A stretch of 64,000 nucleotides of DNA from Macrostomum hystrix (taxonomy: Eukaryota > Animalia > Platyhelminthes), in contig CATNEN010000034.1 of assembly GCA_950097015.1 (NCBI GenBank), positions 3,844,001-3,908,000 on the forward strand, in the 5' to 3' direction. The notes under the pieces are model-generated. The model searched no databases and was not told the DNA's origin. It saw nothing but the letters and a program-made list of their open reading frames with translations. Position 1 is the stretch's first letter, and each line of letters begins with the position of its first letter. Below, one piece after another: positions 49,503 through 61,427 of this stretch. A program made the position numbers and the translations under genes.

Positions 49503-51805
49503 ACGTAAGGCACTTACGTGCTTACTGTCAGTAGTGGGGTGTGCCGCGAATCGAGGGGGCAAAAACTTACATTACCCTACTGTATACCGTAAAGAACCTT
49601 AAGAAGAAATCCGCTAGAGAAGAAATCCTAGGTCATCGTACGTAACAATACTGCTATAAATAGATTGTGTGCGAGAGTGTAAAGGTCGGCGCCCCTAGCG
49701 ACTAAGGGATAGAGTCCTGAGGGGAGGTGGGTGCGCATTCCGGCTGAGTTAAGGTTGTTCTCGTTGCCCAGGGGTGCCGTGTCCCGGCTCGCCTTCTCCT
49801 CCAGGTGGCTGCAGCTGTCCCCGTCTTTCCCTGCCCGGCTTGGTCTCGGTTGCGCAATCCCGGGAGGCTCCGGCCGTTTTCTCCTTAAGTCCGAGGGTCC
49901 GGCCGTGCTCTTCCCCAGGTGGCTCCGGGTTGGTTGGTCCGTTCGCGCCTTCCCGATTCCGTTGCCGGGCCGTGGTAGCCTCTGATTCGCCGCGCGCCCA
50001 GGTGTTTTCAGCTGGCCGGGCCCGAAAATTCTCGTCGGGCCGGTTGCCTAGCCGTTGCGCGCGGCCCAATCGGCGCTGCAGCTGGTCGCAGCTGGGGAAA
50101 CCGCTGCTCAGGCCGCTTGTGATGCTGTTGCCGGCCGAGGTGTCTCCTCACCGAAAAGGTCAGGGCCCCAACAACTAAACTGTTACCATGAGCCCCCTAA
50201 ACTGGTTCTGCCCGGAATTCCCACTTTGCTCCCATTGGCTGGCGGTTAGACCGCCACGTCTCCCTAAATTAGCCCTATAAAAGCAAACACTTGACGCCCC
50301 ATTGACTCCAAGCCTGTTATCTCTAAACCTATTTCGACACATTATCTAAACATCAACTAAGCTAATCTCTGCCAGCGAACTTCCTGGATTTATCCTGCCA
50401 TTATTATTTTTGTCGACTGCTACCCGCGATCATGGCCGAGCAACTGCCTGAAGGAGAGAGGTGAGTGATTTGGCTTCTACTCGGCCCCCCAAGGCCGGTT
50501 ATTAAGGATAATTGCGAGGGTTATGTCATAATAGTTAGGATAAATCGAATTCCCTTTTTACCCACGGCACTCTGAAATGTCCCACTGATTTGGAATTGAC
50601 CCCGACCCGAACTGTGACAAACCCTCCCCCAAATATAGATAGATTACATTGTGAGTTATTTGAAATGCAATTACCCGCTCTATTCCTAGATGAACATTAC
50701 TGCTCAAGTTTTACAACCGCCTAGTAACCAAAAAAACTAACTGATAGACTGTCAATGAGTTTTGAAACGTCTGGAACCTTAATTCATGCGATTTATTACT
50801 ATTCTACCCCTCCAGGTACCTAGATTTGAATGCCCAGCTGCTAACTTCTGGCTCCCAAATAATGTTTTTTTTTTTCTGACCCCTCTAATCCTAACAAAGG
50901 AAAAGTTATCATTTTTAGAATCTGTCGTTCATTGAAACAGCCAGATTGTTTTCCCTCCCAGAGTTTGAATACCTGATCCTACCGGCCTCTTGATTTACGA
51001 CCGCCCACTCTTTAAACAAACATTAAGAAGAAAATTCCCGAAACATACCACCCCGCTCACTTTAGCGGGTTGGTATACCCCCTAAATAGAAGCCGGTATA
51101 GCTAAACTCCCGAAACCAAGCATAGAGAACATGTAAGATAAGCAAGTTTGCGGAAAGTAGGTGCGAACCCTAGTTTGCGGCAGTTATTACGAAAATATTT
51201 CATGCGAAAATTCGTACTAGGGGAGTTTCACCCCACTAAGTATGTTTTTGGATTTTGATTAGTTTATATGAGTTTTTAAGAGGGTTTGGCGCCGAGATGG
51301 CCTTTTTGATTTGAAACCGCCTTCCCTCCCTTAAAGAAACATAGAATTTCCCATGGCATACCACCCCGCTCACTTTAGCGGGTTGGTGTCCCTCCTAAGT
51401 TAGAAGTTGTCCTAAATTGAACTCCCACAGACCCACCAATATGAACAAGATAAGGCAGAGGTGCCATGCATGATGTGGTGCGATTAAAGTAAAATGCTCT
51501 TTAAGAAAAGAAGGTGCATGCCCTAGATTGCTACAATTAGATAGGCATCTCATGCGAAAAAGTACTAGGGGAATTTCACCCCACTAGGTATGTTTTTGGG
51601 TTTCTGGCTAAATTATAAGAATTTTTATGAGATTTTTGTGCCAAGGCGGCTTTGATGAAAAAGGAAGGCGTGCACAATAGGAGAAAGGAGCAAAAAGGGT
51701 AACAGAATGGGGGATCGCTTCCCCAACGAGGTCTCCAGTGGGGCTCGGTCGCCTAGCACGGCCGAGTGAGTGCTTCGGGGCACCCGCAGCGGGAGCTACC
51801 TTTCC

Positions 51806-52357
51806 CTAGCCTGGGTCGTGGCCGTTGGTATTTACCTGCGCAGCAGCGGACCTCAGGCGGTCGGCGAATGAGGCATATGATTCGCCTCGGTCCTGCCTCA
51901 GGTTGCGCCCGCTGAGGAGCCGGGCATAGGGGGTGCAGGCGCCGCTGAGGGCCTCGGTCAGGTCCTGCACGAACCGGAAATAGGTCACGCGGCGCGGCAG
52001 GGTCATCGCTTGGGTTAGGGGTTCACCGCCTAGGTGGGCCAGGAGGGTGAGGATTTTCTCCTCTTCTGTTCCCAAGCCCTCAGCCTCAACCTTCAGGTTA
52101 AACCGGCGCAGCCAGCGGGGAAAAGAGCCTGCTGCCGATTCGAATGGTTCCAGGGCAACTTTCGCCCTGTGAGTTCTTGCTCGACGCGGCTCTAGACGCT
52201 CCATCAGGGAGGCTAGGCGCTCGATGGGGTCCCCTTGATTGGCGGCTGCAGCTGCTGCTGCCGCTGGGGGATCGGCGCGCGCTGCGGCAGCAGCGCGGCC
52301 TCTAGGTGGGCGGGGGGCGCCGATGGCCTCGACGACCTCATCCTCCTGGTCGGACAT
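51806..52357 (-). CDS. Truncated gag (capsid-like), 183 aa
   Basis: LEPFES...FPRWLRRFNL...EEEKILTLLAHLGGE...LRQDRGESYASFADRLRSAA follows the retrotransposon gag capsid/MHR pattern (P.PF.G...W..RF; Q..GES...F..RL). No zinc knuckle or protease follows. Confidence 0.8.
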   Translation of the reverse strand: MSDQEDEVVEAIGAPRPPRGRAAAAARADPPAAAAAAAANQGDPIERLASLMERLEPRRARTHRAKVALEPFESAAGSFPRWLRRFNLKVEAEGLGTEEEKILTLLAHLGGEPLTQAMTLPRRVTYFRFVQDLTEALSGACTPYARLLSGRNLRQDRGESYASFADRLRSAAAQVNTNGHDPG

Positions 52358-53660
52358 TTTCGGCCAAAAGAGAAATGAGGGTTTTTGCGAATTGAAAAGG
52401 GGTGTTTGTCGCTAATGCAACAATGGGGAAGGAGAGAAAGGGGAACACAGATCACGACCGGGGGTCGTGCGAGAGGGAAAGAGAATGGCCTGAGTTGTCA
52501 AATCCAGCCCTAATTAATGGCGAGCAAATTCCTTATTCTTAGCAAACAATCCTACAGCAAAAATGAGATCAAAGATCAGTGAGAGAGAAAAGGGCCCAGG
52601 GCCCTGGCTAGCTTTGCTTCCAGCCTTGGCTACTGACAACTGTTTGCGCGCACTCAAGTTTGGGACATAGAAGTCTAGGTTTTAACTTAGCACTCGTTCT
52701 GCAACCCTATAGCGGACTGTTGCACTATAGGTACGGCGGGGTCAGTACTACTGCAAGCTTGCGCCTGCAACAGCCTATCACCCTACCTTGGAAAGTACAC
52801 GCCTCAATAAGATACTCAGAGAAAGGATAATCCCCGACTCGTTCAGGGAGTCATCGGTTCCCGGCTGCATTGCCGGGGGCCCCCCTCGCGATTAACGAGA
52901 CTGGGAAGCCCAGGGGGGATATACCTGGGATCTCGCTCGGATAGGAGTCCATGGCTAAAGCCTGGCTACCCCATTTAGAAAACCCCTCAAAGAATCTCTT
53001 AGAAAGACGTGCCGACCGAATTCTAGCCCATACTTGAAGTAGGCAGTTACGAGAGGCGGGCACGGGGGTCGTTAGACCTCCCTCAGAAGTCCCACCTCCC
53101 TAACTGTTCCCCACCAAAGTCAGACTTGGTCAAAGCTATGTGACACATTCAGAATCAGGTACACGTAAGCAGGCCCGCAAGCTGCCCAAGAGAACCAATC
53201 CCCGGTGCTCAGCGAGTCATCGATTCCCGGCTGCATTGCCGGGGGCTCCCCTCGCTCGGTTAGAAGGCCGAAAGGCGTTGCCCGGTCCCTCGTTAAGAAT
53301 GGCCCCTCCCAGAACAGTCACGCAGGAAACCCCACAGACAGTCCCTGACTCCTGCAGCAGCCACATAACCCGAAGACACTCTAGCATGAAGTCCGCTCAC
53401 ACAGCCTACTCTTAGTAGAAAGTCACTAATCAGAAATTTTGGAAATCCTAACAAAATCCTTACATTAAAGTCCGAATCAAATTGAAACTGTTCAAGAAAA
53501 TTAATTGACAGTTACTCGAACTGAAGTCCAGTCTCTAGAGATAAGATTTAGGCATACGGAAGATGAAATCTAGAAGAAGCCCTTACGGCTAACTACCACA
53601 GAAATCTGCGGCGCTAAACTAACAATTGAAAAAATTCAGGTTCGTTTCGCGCCCTTTCTA

Positions 53661-53681
53661 AATCCCACCTCGATGCCACCA
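53661..53681 (-). promoter_or_regulatory. Primer-binding site TGGTGGCATCGAGGTGGGATT (tRNA-Leu-like)
   Basis: Starts 1 nt after the 5' LTR; close to the complement of a tRNA-Leu 3' end (AATCCCACCGCTGCCACCA). Confidence 0.85.
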
Positions 53682-53682
53682 T

Positions 53683-56030
53683 TGAAATAGTGCGGGTCTT
53701 TTGCTAGCCGATGACCGCCCTCATGAAAGATAGGAGTGTGGAAAACGACGATAGAGTCGGAGGTCGATCGCTGCTGCCGCGAGTTGTCGCAGAGAGGGAT
53801 GACGAAGGGAGGGATGAAGGGAGAGATGAAGGGAGAGATGAGGCGGTACAAAGGATGCAAGTGAGTGGTCCTATTGGCCTCAGGCTGGCCAGTCCCACCC
53901 AACCCATAGGCCACAGGCATGACTGCCGTGCCCACCCCAAGCAGTGCTCGAAACCGGCTAAAAGTCTAAATAGATGTCGGACTACCCGCAAGCGAATAGG
54001 ACAGGGCTAGATAGCCTACTGTCATCAGTAGCATGTTCGTAACTGACTCCTAACTTTGGTAGCAGTGGTCGACTCGGCCTAGGCACTTGTCTTAGAAATG
54101 CGGAAAGGCTATCGGCAAAGCGGATAATGATCGAAGGTAGCGCCACCACCCAATGCGCCTACGTTGCCACCGCAGACATTTGGGAACTTGGGTCCCCGGA
54201 GCTCGCAGCTCCCAGTTTGTCACACAGATCTTAGACAAGCCGAAAAATAGAGCATTCTGTAACTTCCGTTTTAGACTAGGGTGAGAACCCCAGAATGGAT
54301 CGAGTCACGCCTCACAAGGGGATTCCTGAAACTGCGCTACAGTGGTCTAGAAAGGTGGTACTCCGAACCCGAATGAGAAATCCATAGCCAGAATCCTACT
54401 CATGAGACATTAGACACATTCCTTACATTAGATTGCAGCCTACACATTGAATAACTAGCAAATCCGAATCTGTGTGAGATGAGGAAATCAGAGGCAGGAG
54501 AGATTAAGCTGAACACTGGCTGAGTGATTATGCAAGCAGGAAATTATTAGATCACACCCCTCGCTCCCATGGCGGCGGCAGCGAGAGGCGGGGAACAGAA
54601 GGGAAACATTAATTGACAGGGGAGGTTGACACGCACTCCTTGATCTGCCAGAAAGAGAGGAAAAACCCGCCAAGGAATTCCCCCACCCCTAGCAGAGAAA
54701 CACATGCTACGCTCCGCATATTACTCGCAAATCCCTAGCTCCTTATTACTTCCATGCGCGCTCACAGTTATCCTCCTGCCGCAGCTTTCAGCTAGGCATC
54801 ACCAGAGCCCATCCCCCTAATAAGTTAGCCACTCATGATCGAGGGCCGTCTAACGATAAAATAAGAGAAAGTGAAATGCATAGTAAAAAGGATTTAAGTT
54901 GTTATTAAATTGCCCAATAAATTAGATAAGCTGTGATTTAATAGTTTTATTAGGCTAAATCAAATCCCTGCCCTTGCCTTATTACCCACTAGCTAAATAG
55001 TAAATCCCTTAGGGATAGCAATAAAAGTCCGCTGCGCGGGTTACTTATCTGACTACGCTGGTTGACAGGCTGCAGGCCGTCGATCTCGCGGGGGAATGCA
55101 AATGAACGGGAGAAAAGGTGAGGGATTGCTGAGTACAGTTGGCAAGGGGCCAGACTGCAGGGAGCTCAAGGCTCAATTTGGAGCGCACCTAAGGAGGTGG
55201 CTTGCGCTTAAGGGCACTAGCAGGTAGTTGCCTGCTGCTATGATCTGGAGCCTTAGGCTCAGGGACTAGGTGCTAGCCTAGAAGGGGGAGAGTCCACGGA
55301 CCGAGTTCCGGGACCGGACAAGGGAAAAAGGTTGTAAGGGCGGACGGTCCAAAGGGAGGTCCGGGGGAAGGTTAAAGGTGTCCTGGGAAGGTTGTTCTAG
55401 GGGCAGCGCAGCGCGCTCTCTTAAATAGTCCTGCAGCTCCGCCAACCTCGCATTCATCAAAATAACCCACATGCTCGCCGGCCTGTCAGCGAGGAATCGG
55501 GTCGGCAGTATGCCACCCCAATTGCCCACTGAAGCGGCGGCGAGAATCGCCAGATGCCCCACTAGGAGCGTCTGCCGGCAGTCGGCCAATGATTGTGATC
55601 CCGCCGGGATATGGGAAGCGCAGGCGCCGACCTGCCTATAGTGTCGTTACATGTATCTAAAGGGGGAAAGGTCATAATCGAGCCCCGGCTCGGGTTACAG
55701 TAAAGAAGAGGGACATGAAGAATTAAAGCTCACTCTAAACGCATGAGTGCTCCCGACAATCTGATCGCGGTTTGGAGGGGAATTATGACCTAAACTAGTC
55801 CATACAGTATTGCTATTTCCGCGATCAGTCACTCCTACAGGGGACTAGACAGATCCGAGACAAAGGGAATCGGCGGCTACTTAATTCACCTCCGCCCCAA
55901 GTCTGGCCCTAAGATTAATGATGGTGTTCTGCGGCCAGCTGCTATGTGGGTCGCGATTATTAACTTGCTAAAAATGGAAAAATTAGGCTGGCTCACAACC
56001 CCACTCGATTCCGAAGTACACTCCACATCA
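53683..56030 (-). repeat. 5' LTR of element 2 (2348 bp)
   Basis: TG...CA ends on the minus strand, followed by the PBS. Confidence 0.95.
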
Positions 56031-56685
56031 TTAACCCAAATCTCTAACAACTCACTACAATAATCTAATGTCTGAGAGTCGCATTCAAAGAATCTAATTT
56101 CTGAGAGTCTCAGAGACAAGTCAAGAAATCAATGCAATTCGCTATTTGTGTTTGTTATTAACACAAGGCAATCCAAAAAGTCATAAAAAGCAGCAGAAGA
56201 ATTAGCGCTTTGAAGAAGCCCCTTTGCCAATGTCTCTGATAAGGAGGGGCAGTGCTTGTGTGTGTCAGAGCCAATGAAATAGATAAGGTCTGTGTAAATA
56301 TGGACCTTGTGCAGTGCGTGAAATATCTTCAACACAACAGAGGGCCTCTCACTGCTACACCTGCTAAGTAGATATGTTGTTTTGCTATTTAAAATAAGTT
56401 CTATAAGTGGAAGGCTTTCAGAGGCCAAGTGTGTGTGAACCGAGTTCTTAGTTTGTTAGAAAAATTGACCAGGCCATTATAAGGGGACCGAGCGAATTTC
56501 AGAAATCGTGCTTTTTATGCTTGATTCTACAAGCTTGTAACTCAAATGCGATGGTATTGAGACACTAAATTCTAAAAGAGCTTATCTATTCCACTTAAAG
56601 CTCAGCCGCTTTATCAGCCGCTGCTGCTACTATTGCTAGACTCTCAAAAAACTATCTGTACGATAGCTGGATCATGCTGGAACAC

Positions 56686-56950
56686 ATGATGGTACTATTG
56701 CCAGACGGTTGCATCAATGCTGGTACTATTGCCAGATGGTTGCATCAATGCTGGTACTATTGCCAGATGGTTGCATCAATGCTGGTACTATTGCCAGATG
56801 GTTGCATCAATGCTGGTACTATTGCCAGATGGTTGCATCAATGATGGTACTATTGCCAGATGGTTGCATCAATGCTGGTACTATTGCCAGATGGTTGCAT
56901 CAATGATGGTACTATTGCCAGATGGTTGCATCAATGATGGTACTATTGCC
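56686..56950. repeat. 31-bp tandem repeat (ATGGTTGCATCAATGCTGGTACTATTGCCAG)n
   Basis: About 8 units. Confidence 0.95.
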
Positions 56951-58034
56951 ACTGCTGGTGTAATTCAATTTAGCATGAAAAAAAGTTTACAAGCCGTGCA
57001 CTACATCAAGTGTTTACCGGTGCTTAGTTATAAAAACGCAGCAGTTTCCTAGTATTCGTGTATTTTATGCCACAATTTTTTTAATTGAAGTAAATTAGCA
57101 GAAAAACGAAGTAATAGCAACAATCAAATGATTCTTCGTATAATTAAGAGCAATATTTTATATATTTAGCAATAGCAAAAGCTAGCATATAATTAAAAAA
57201 CTTACATGGAAAAAACAAAATTAAACGTAATAAACTGGAAGAAAAAAGCTGCAAAAACTACATTTCATGTTTTTCAAAACTACATTTTTTGATTTTAACA
57301 ACCCGTGATCCGTCCATTAGAAAGACCAAGGGGGGCATTTCAATTACCCTCATTTTCCTTTGTCTGTATCTCCCAAAAGATTCAATTGATCGCCATTTAA
57401 TTAATCGGTCATTCAGTTTGGGAGCTGTCGTGAAGTAGGCAGTGGGTATTTGAAACAGCACCATGCCATTTTTCCGGTGGGAATAGCGTGGTAGTTCTAT
57501 TGTTAACAAACTGGCTAAGGTCCTCGAGGGTCATCTATAGACATGCGTCTTATCTGTAGCCTTGCTGAGCTTACGCGGCGGCTAACATCAAAGAGGGCTA
57601 TCGGCGCCATGCCCCCCACCCACCCATTGTGTGGGGTCATTAAAATTGAATTTTGACATTGACGATTTTGAAGCAGGGAGAGCATAAAAACAAAATGACT
57701 ACATGAGAAGCTGTTTAAAAATTCTGAACTTAATCATTAGTTTGCATAATCATTTGTTTAGCCTTAGATATTTCTCTTAGATTAAGAGAATGGTGTAAAT
57801 GTAATGTAAGCGATAGAATTCAAGGTATTTAAAAAAGGAATCAAATTATATAACAACAGCTTAAATTAGTTATACTGTGCTGCATGACCTTTAGTACAAA
57901 TTTTCAAAGACAGCGAGAATATCAAAGTTAGTGTGCCCAAGTTTGCACTATTTTTGTAAGTAGAATGAGTACTTGAATATTTTTAATTATTTTTACTCTT
58001 TTAGATTCTCCACTAGGTTTTTACATAGAGACCC

Positions 58035-58530
58035 CGCTAGATCATTTCCAAGATTGCCAGCTAGATCATTTCCACGATTGGCAGCTAGATCATTTCCACG
58101 ATTGGCAGCTAGATTATTTCCACGATTGCCAGCTAGATCATTTCCACGATTGCCAGCTAGATCATTTCCACGATTGGCAGCTAGATCATTTCCACGATTG
58201 CCAGCTAGATCATTTCCACGATTGCCAGCTAGATCATTTCCAAGATTGCCAGCTAGATCATTTCCACGATTGCCAGCTAGATCATTTCCAAGATTGCCAG
58301 CTAGATCATTTCCACGATTGCCAGCTAGATCATTTCCACGATTGCCAGCTAGATCATTTCCACGATTGCCAGCTAGATAATTTACTAGATTCCCCCCGCT
58401 AGATCATTTCCTAGATTGCCCGCTAGATCATTTCCTAGATTGCCCGCTAGATCATTACCTGGATTGCCCGCTAGATCATTTGCTAGATTGCCCGTTAGAT
58501 CATTTCTAAGATTCCCCGCTAGAGCTAGAT
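58035..58530. repeat. 24-bp tandem repeat (AGCTAGATCATTTCCACGATTGCC)n grading into a 23-bp variant
   Basis: About 15 clean units plus a diverged tail. Confidence 0.95.
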
Positions 58531-58984
58531 AATTTCCAAGATTATTACTAAGTTTTTTTCCTTGATTCCTAGCTAGATCAGCTCCAATGTTTTACAGGCT
58601 GGAATATGTCTGTCTGTGAATATGTAGATGAATCACATTTATACGCAATTTCTAAGCAAGATTTTGGTAGCTTATCAGCGAAAAGGGAAGCGTGTCACGC
58701 TTTCAGCAAAAAACTGGTCTCCAAGCAGCAGGCACTTGTGCATTATATTGCTAGAGGTTTGCTTCAGAAGTAAGAGAAAGTGATTACAAAAACAAGTTTA
58801 TTATACGTTGGCCAGTTTGCCCCCGTGAGACTCATCCGATCGTAGCATTGTAGTTTTGTCGCTGTCTGTCATTCTGCCGTCCTCCTTGCTCGCCGGACTG
58901 AAGTAATGCAAATATGCAAGGTTGTTTGAGTTAGTAAGGCCGCATGGAACTCTTAATCTGTGAAAGACAATCACTATAGTAGAC

Positions 58985-59712
58985 TCACTAGTGCGATATC
59001 ATATTCACTAGTGTGATAGCAGATTCACTAGTGCGATATCATATTCACTAGTGTGATAGCAGATTCACTAGTGTGATAGCAGATTCACTAGTGTGATATC
59101 ATATTCACTAGTGTGATAGCAGATTCACTAGTGTGATAGCAGATTCACTAGTGCGATATCATATTCACTAGTGTGATAGCAGATTCACTAGTGCGATATC
59201 AGATTCACTAGTGCGATATCATATTCACTAGTGTGATAGCAGATTCACTAGTGTGATATCATATTCACTAGTGTGATATCATATTCACTAGTGTGATATC
59301 ATATTCACTAGTGTGATATCATATTCACTAGTGTGATATCATATTCACTAGTGTGATATCATATTCACTAGTGTGATATCATATTCACTAGTGTGATATC
59401 ATATTCACTAGTGCGATATCATATTCACTAGTGTGATATCATATTCACTAGTGTGATATCATATTCACTAGTGTGATAGCAGATTCACTAGTGTGATATC
59501 ATATTCACTAGTGTGATAGCAGATTCACTAGTGTGATAGCAGATTCACTAGTGCGATATCATATTCACTAGTGTGATATCATATTCACTAGTGTGATATC
59601 ATATTCACTAGTGTGATATCATATTCACTAGTGTGATATCATATTCACTAGTGTGATAGCAGATTCACTAGTGTGATATCATATTCACTAGTGTGATAGC
59701 AGATTCACAGTG
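58985..59712. repeat. 20-bp quasi-palindromic tandem repeat (ATATTCACTAGTGTGATATC)n
   Basis: About 36 units, each with a CACTAGTG palindrome; GATAGCAG variant units are interspersed. Confidence 0.96.
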
Positions 59713-60070
59713 TGATAATCTTATATTTACTTCTCTTCGTCAACTTATATTGAACTTCAGGACAATTGAAAGTGTTTTATGCAGGTAGAAGGTACCAATA
59801 ACCATTTGCATTATTAATCTGAAAGGCTACAGACTCAATAATATCAACTAGGGAAAAATTAACAGTTTCAATAATAAACCCAACCATGGTTTTAGGCTTT
59901 TGCTTATGGAGACCAACCGAAGCTCCAGCAGCTTTAGTTGCCCGTGGTCGCCAGGGGCTAGCGGAATGGGCGGCAACGCCTCCCCGCTGCATCCGAAGAA
60001 TGCCCCTGCATCCTTCGGATGATGGCTAGAGGAATATGAATTGAGGACAAAGACAGGCTAGACTCTAGAG

Positions 60071-60943
60071 CAGGGGTCGGCAAACTCCGGCCCGCGGGCC
60101 AGATGCGGCCCTCGAAGCTCCCAAAACCGGCCTGTTGCCCCTTCCAACACCTATAGTATCCTGTCTCATCTCTCCCGTGTCTCATCTCTCCCGTGTCTCA
60201 ACTATCCCGTGTCTCATCTATCCCGTGTCTCATCTCTCCCGTGTCTCATCTCTCCCGTGTCTCATCTCTCCCGTGTCTCATCTATCCCGTCTCTCATCTC
60301 TCCCGTGTCTCATCTCTCCCGTGTCTCATCTCTCCCGTGTCTCATCTCTCCCGTGTCTCATCTATCCCGTCTCTCATCTCTCCCGTGTCTCATCTCTCCC
60401 GTGTCTCATCTATCCCGTGTCTCATCTCTCCCGTGTCTCATCTCTCCCGTGTCTCATCTCTCCCGTGTCTCATCTCTCCCGTGTCTCATCTATCCCGTCT
60501 CTCATCTCTCCCGTGTCTCATCTCTCCCGTGTCTCATCTCTCCCGTGTCTCATCTCTCCCGTGTCTCATCTATCCCGTCTCTCATCTCTCCCGTGTCTCA
60601 ACTATCCCGTGTCTCATCTATCCCGTCTCTCATCTCTCCCGTGTCTCATCTCTCCCGTGTCTCATCTCTCCCGTGTCTCATCTATCCCGTGTCTCATCTC
60701 TCCCGTGTCTCATCTCTCCCGTGTCTCATCTCTCCCGTGTCTCATCTATCCCGTGTCTCATCTCTCCCGTGTCTCATCTCTCCCGTGTCTCATCTCTCCC
60801 GTGTCTCATCTCTCCCGTGTCTCATCTCTCCTGTGTCTTATCTCGCACTTATATCATATTTCTATGATCAAAGCGGCCCGCTGTCGTCTTTTAGATTCTC
60901 TCTTTGGCCCGCTAGCTAATACTCGTAAGTTTGCCGACCCCTG
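60071..60943. mobile_element. Non-autonomous hAT (Charlie/MER58-like) MITE
   Basis: TIRs CAGGGGTCGGCAAACT / AGTTTGCCGACCCCTG; 8-bp TSD CTCTAGAG at 60063-60070 and 60944-60951, fitting the Charlie NTCTAGAN target; subterminal CGGCCCGCGGGCC motifs. Confidence 0.93.
60163..60835 (+). repeat. 16-bp tandem repeat (CTCATCTCTCCCGTGT)n inside the MITE
   Basis: About 42 units making up most of the element. Confidence 0.96.
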
Positions 60944-61427
60944 CTCTAGAGGAATATGAATAGAGGATTTTAGTCCCAATTTAAAACGTAGGATAAGTCA
61001 TCAAAGGAAAATGTGTTTAGTATTGAGTATTATTAAGTATCAACAAGCCAGAGAGATGTAGGCAGTGATACAGCAAATGCTTATCAAGCTTGCTTGTTGA
61101 GGTTGTAAATCACATTATACCGGGTCATATCGCAATGATTTAAATATTCACAAAAGCTACCGGGTGGTCTGAATGGGCTTTGAACAAAAAAATGGGGATC
61201 AGCTGGGATTTGGTGTTTACTCTATGCCTCTCAGTGCCAAACTCGTACAGATCTTTAACATGCGATATCCCTCCGCTTCTCGAGTTTTGTCAGCGCAATC
61301 CGCGGCCTTATCTTATCAAGAAATCCCAGCCGGCCCGACTACGTAAGAGTCGTGTATTTTCATAGCATTTTCCTATGGCCAGGGTCTAGGATCAGTTAGT
61401 TGTTCGACTGTTTTATTCTAGGACTGA

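Larger units (their letters stand above)
47135..56030 (-). mobile_element. Non-autonomous gag-only LTR retrotransposon (element 2), 8896 bp, 2348-bp LTRs
   Basis: Direct repeats 47135-49482 and 53683-56030 (TGATGT...ATTTCA on the minus strand), TTAA on both flanks (47131-47134, 56031-56034), PBS, PPT and a gag-like ORF. No pol motifs found. Confidence 0.95.

Noticed and set aside
49731-50249. Overlapping GC-rich ORFs on both strands near the PPT of element 2
   Set aside because: Several frames are open because of high GC content; none has an ATG in good context or a recognisable domain.
51600-51806. Gag stop read-through or frameshift into pol
   Set aside because: All three frames close within ~65 codons and none shows a protease D(T/S)G motif.
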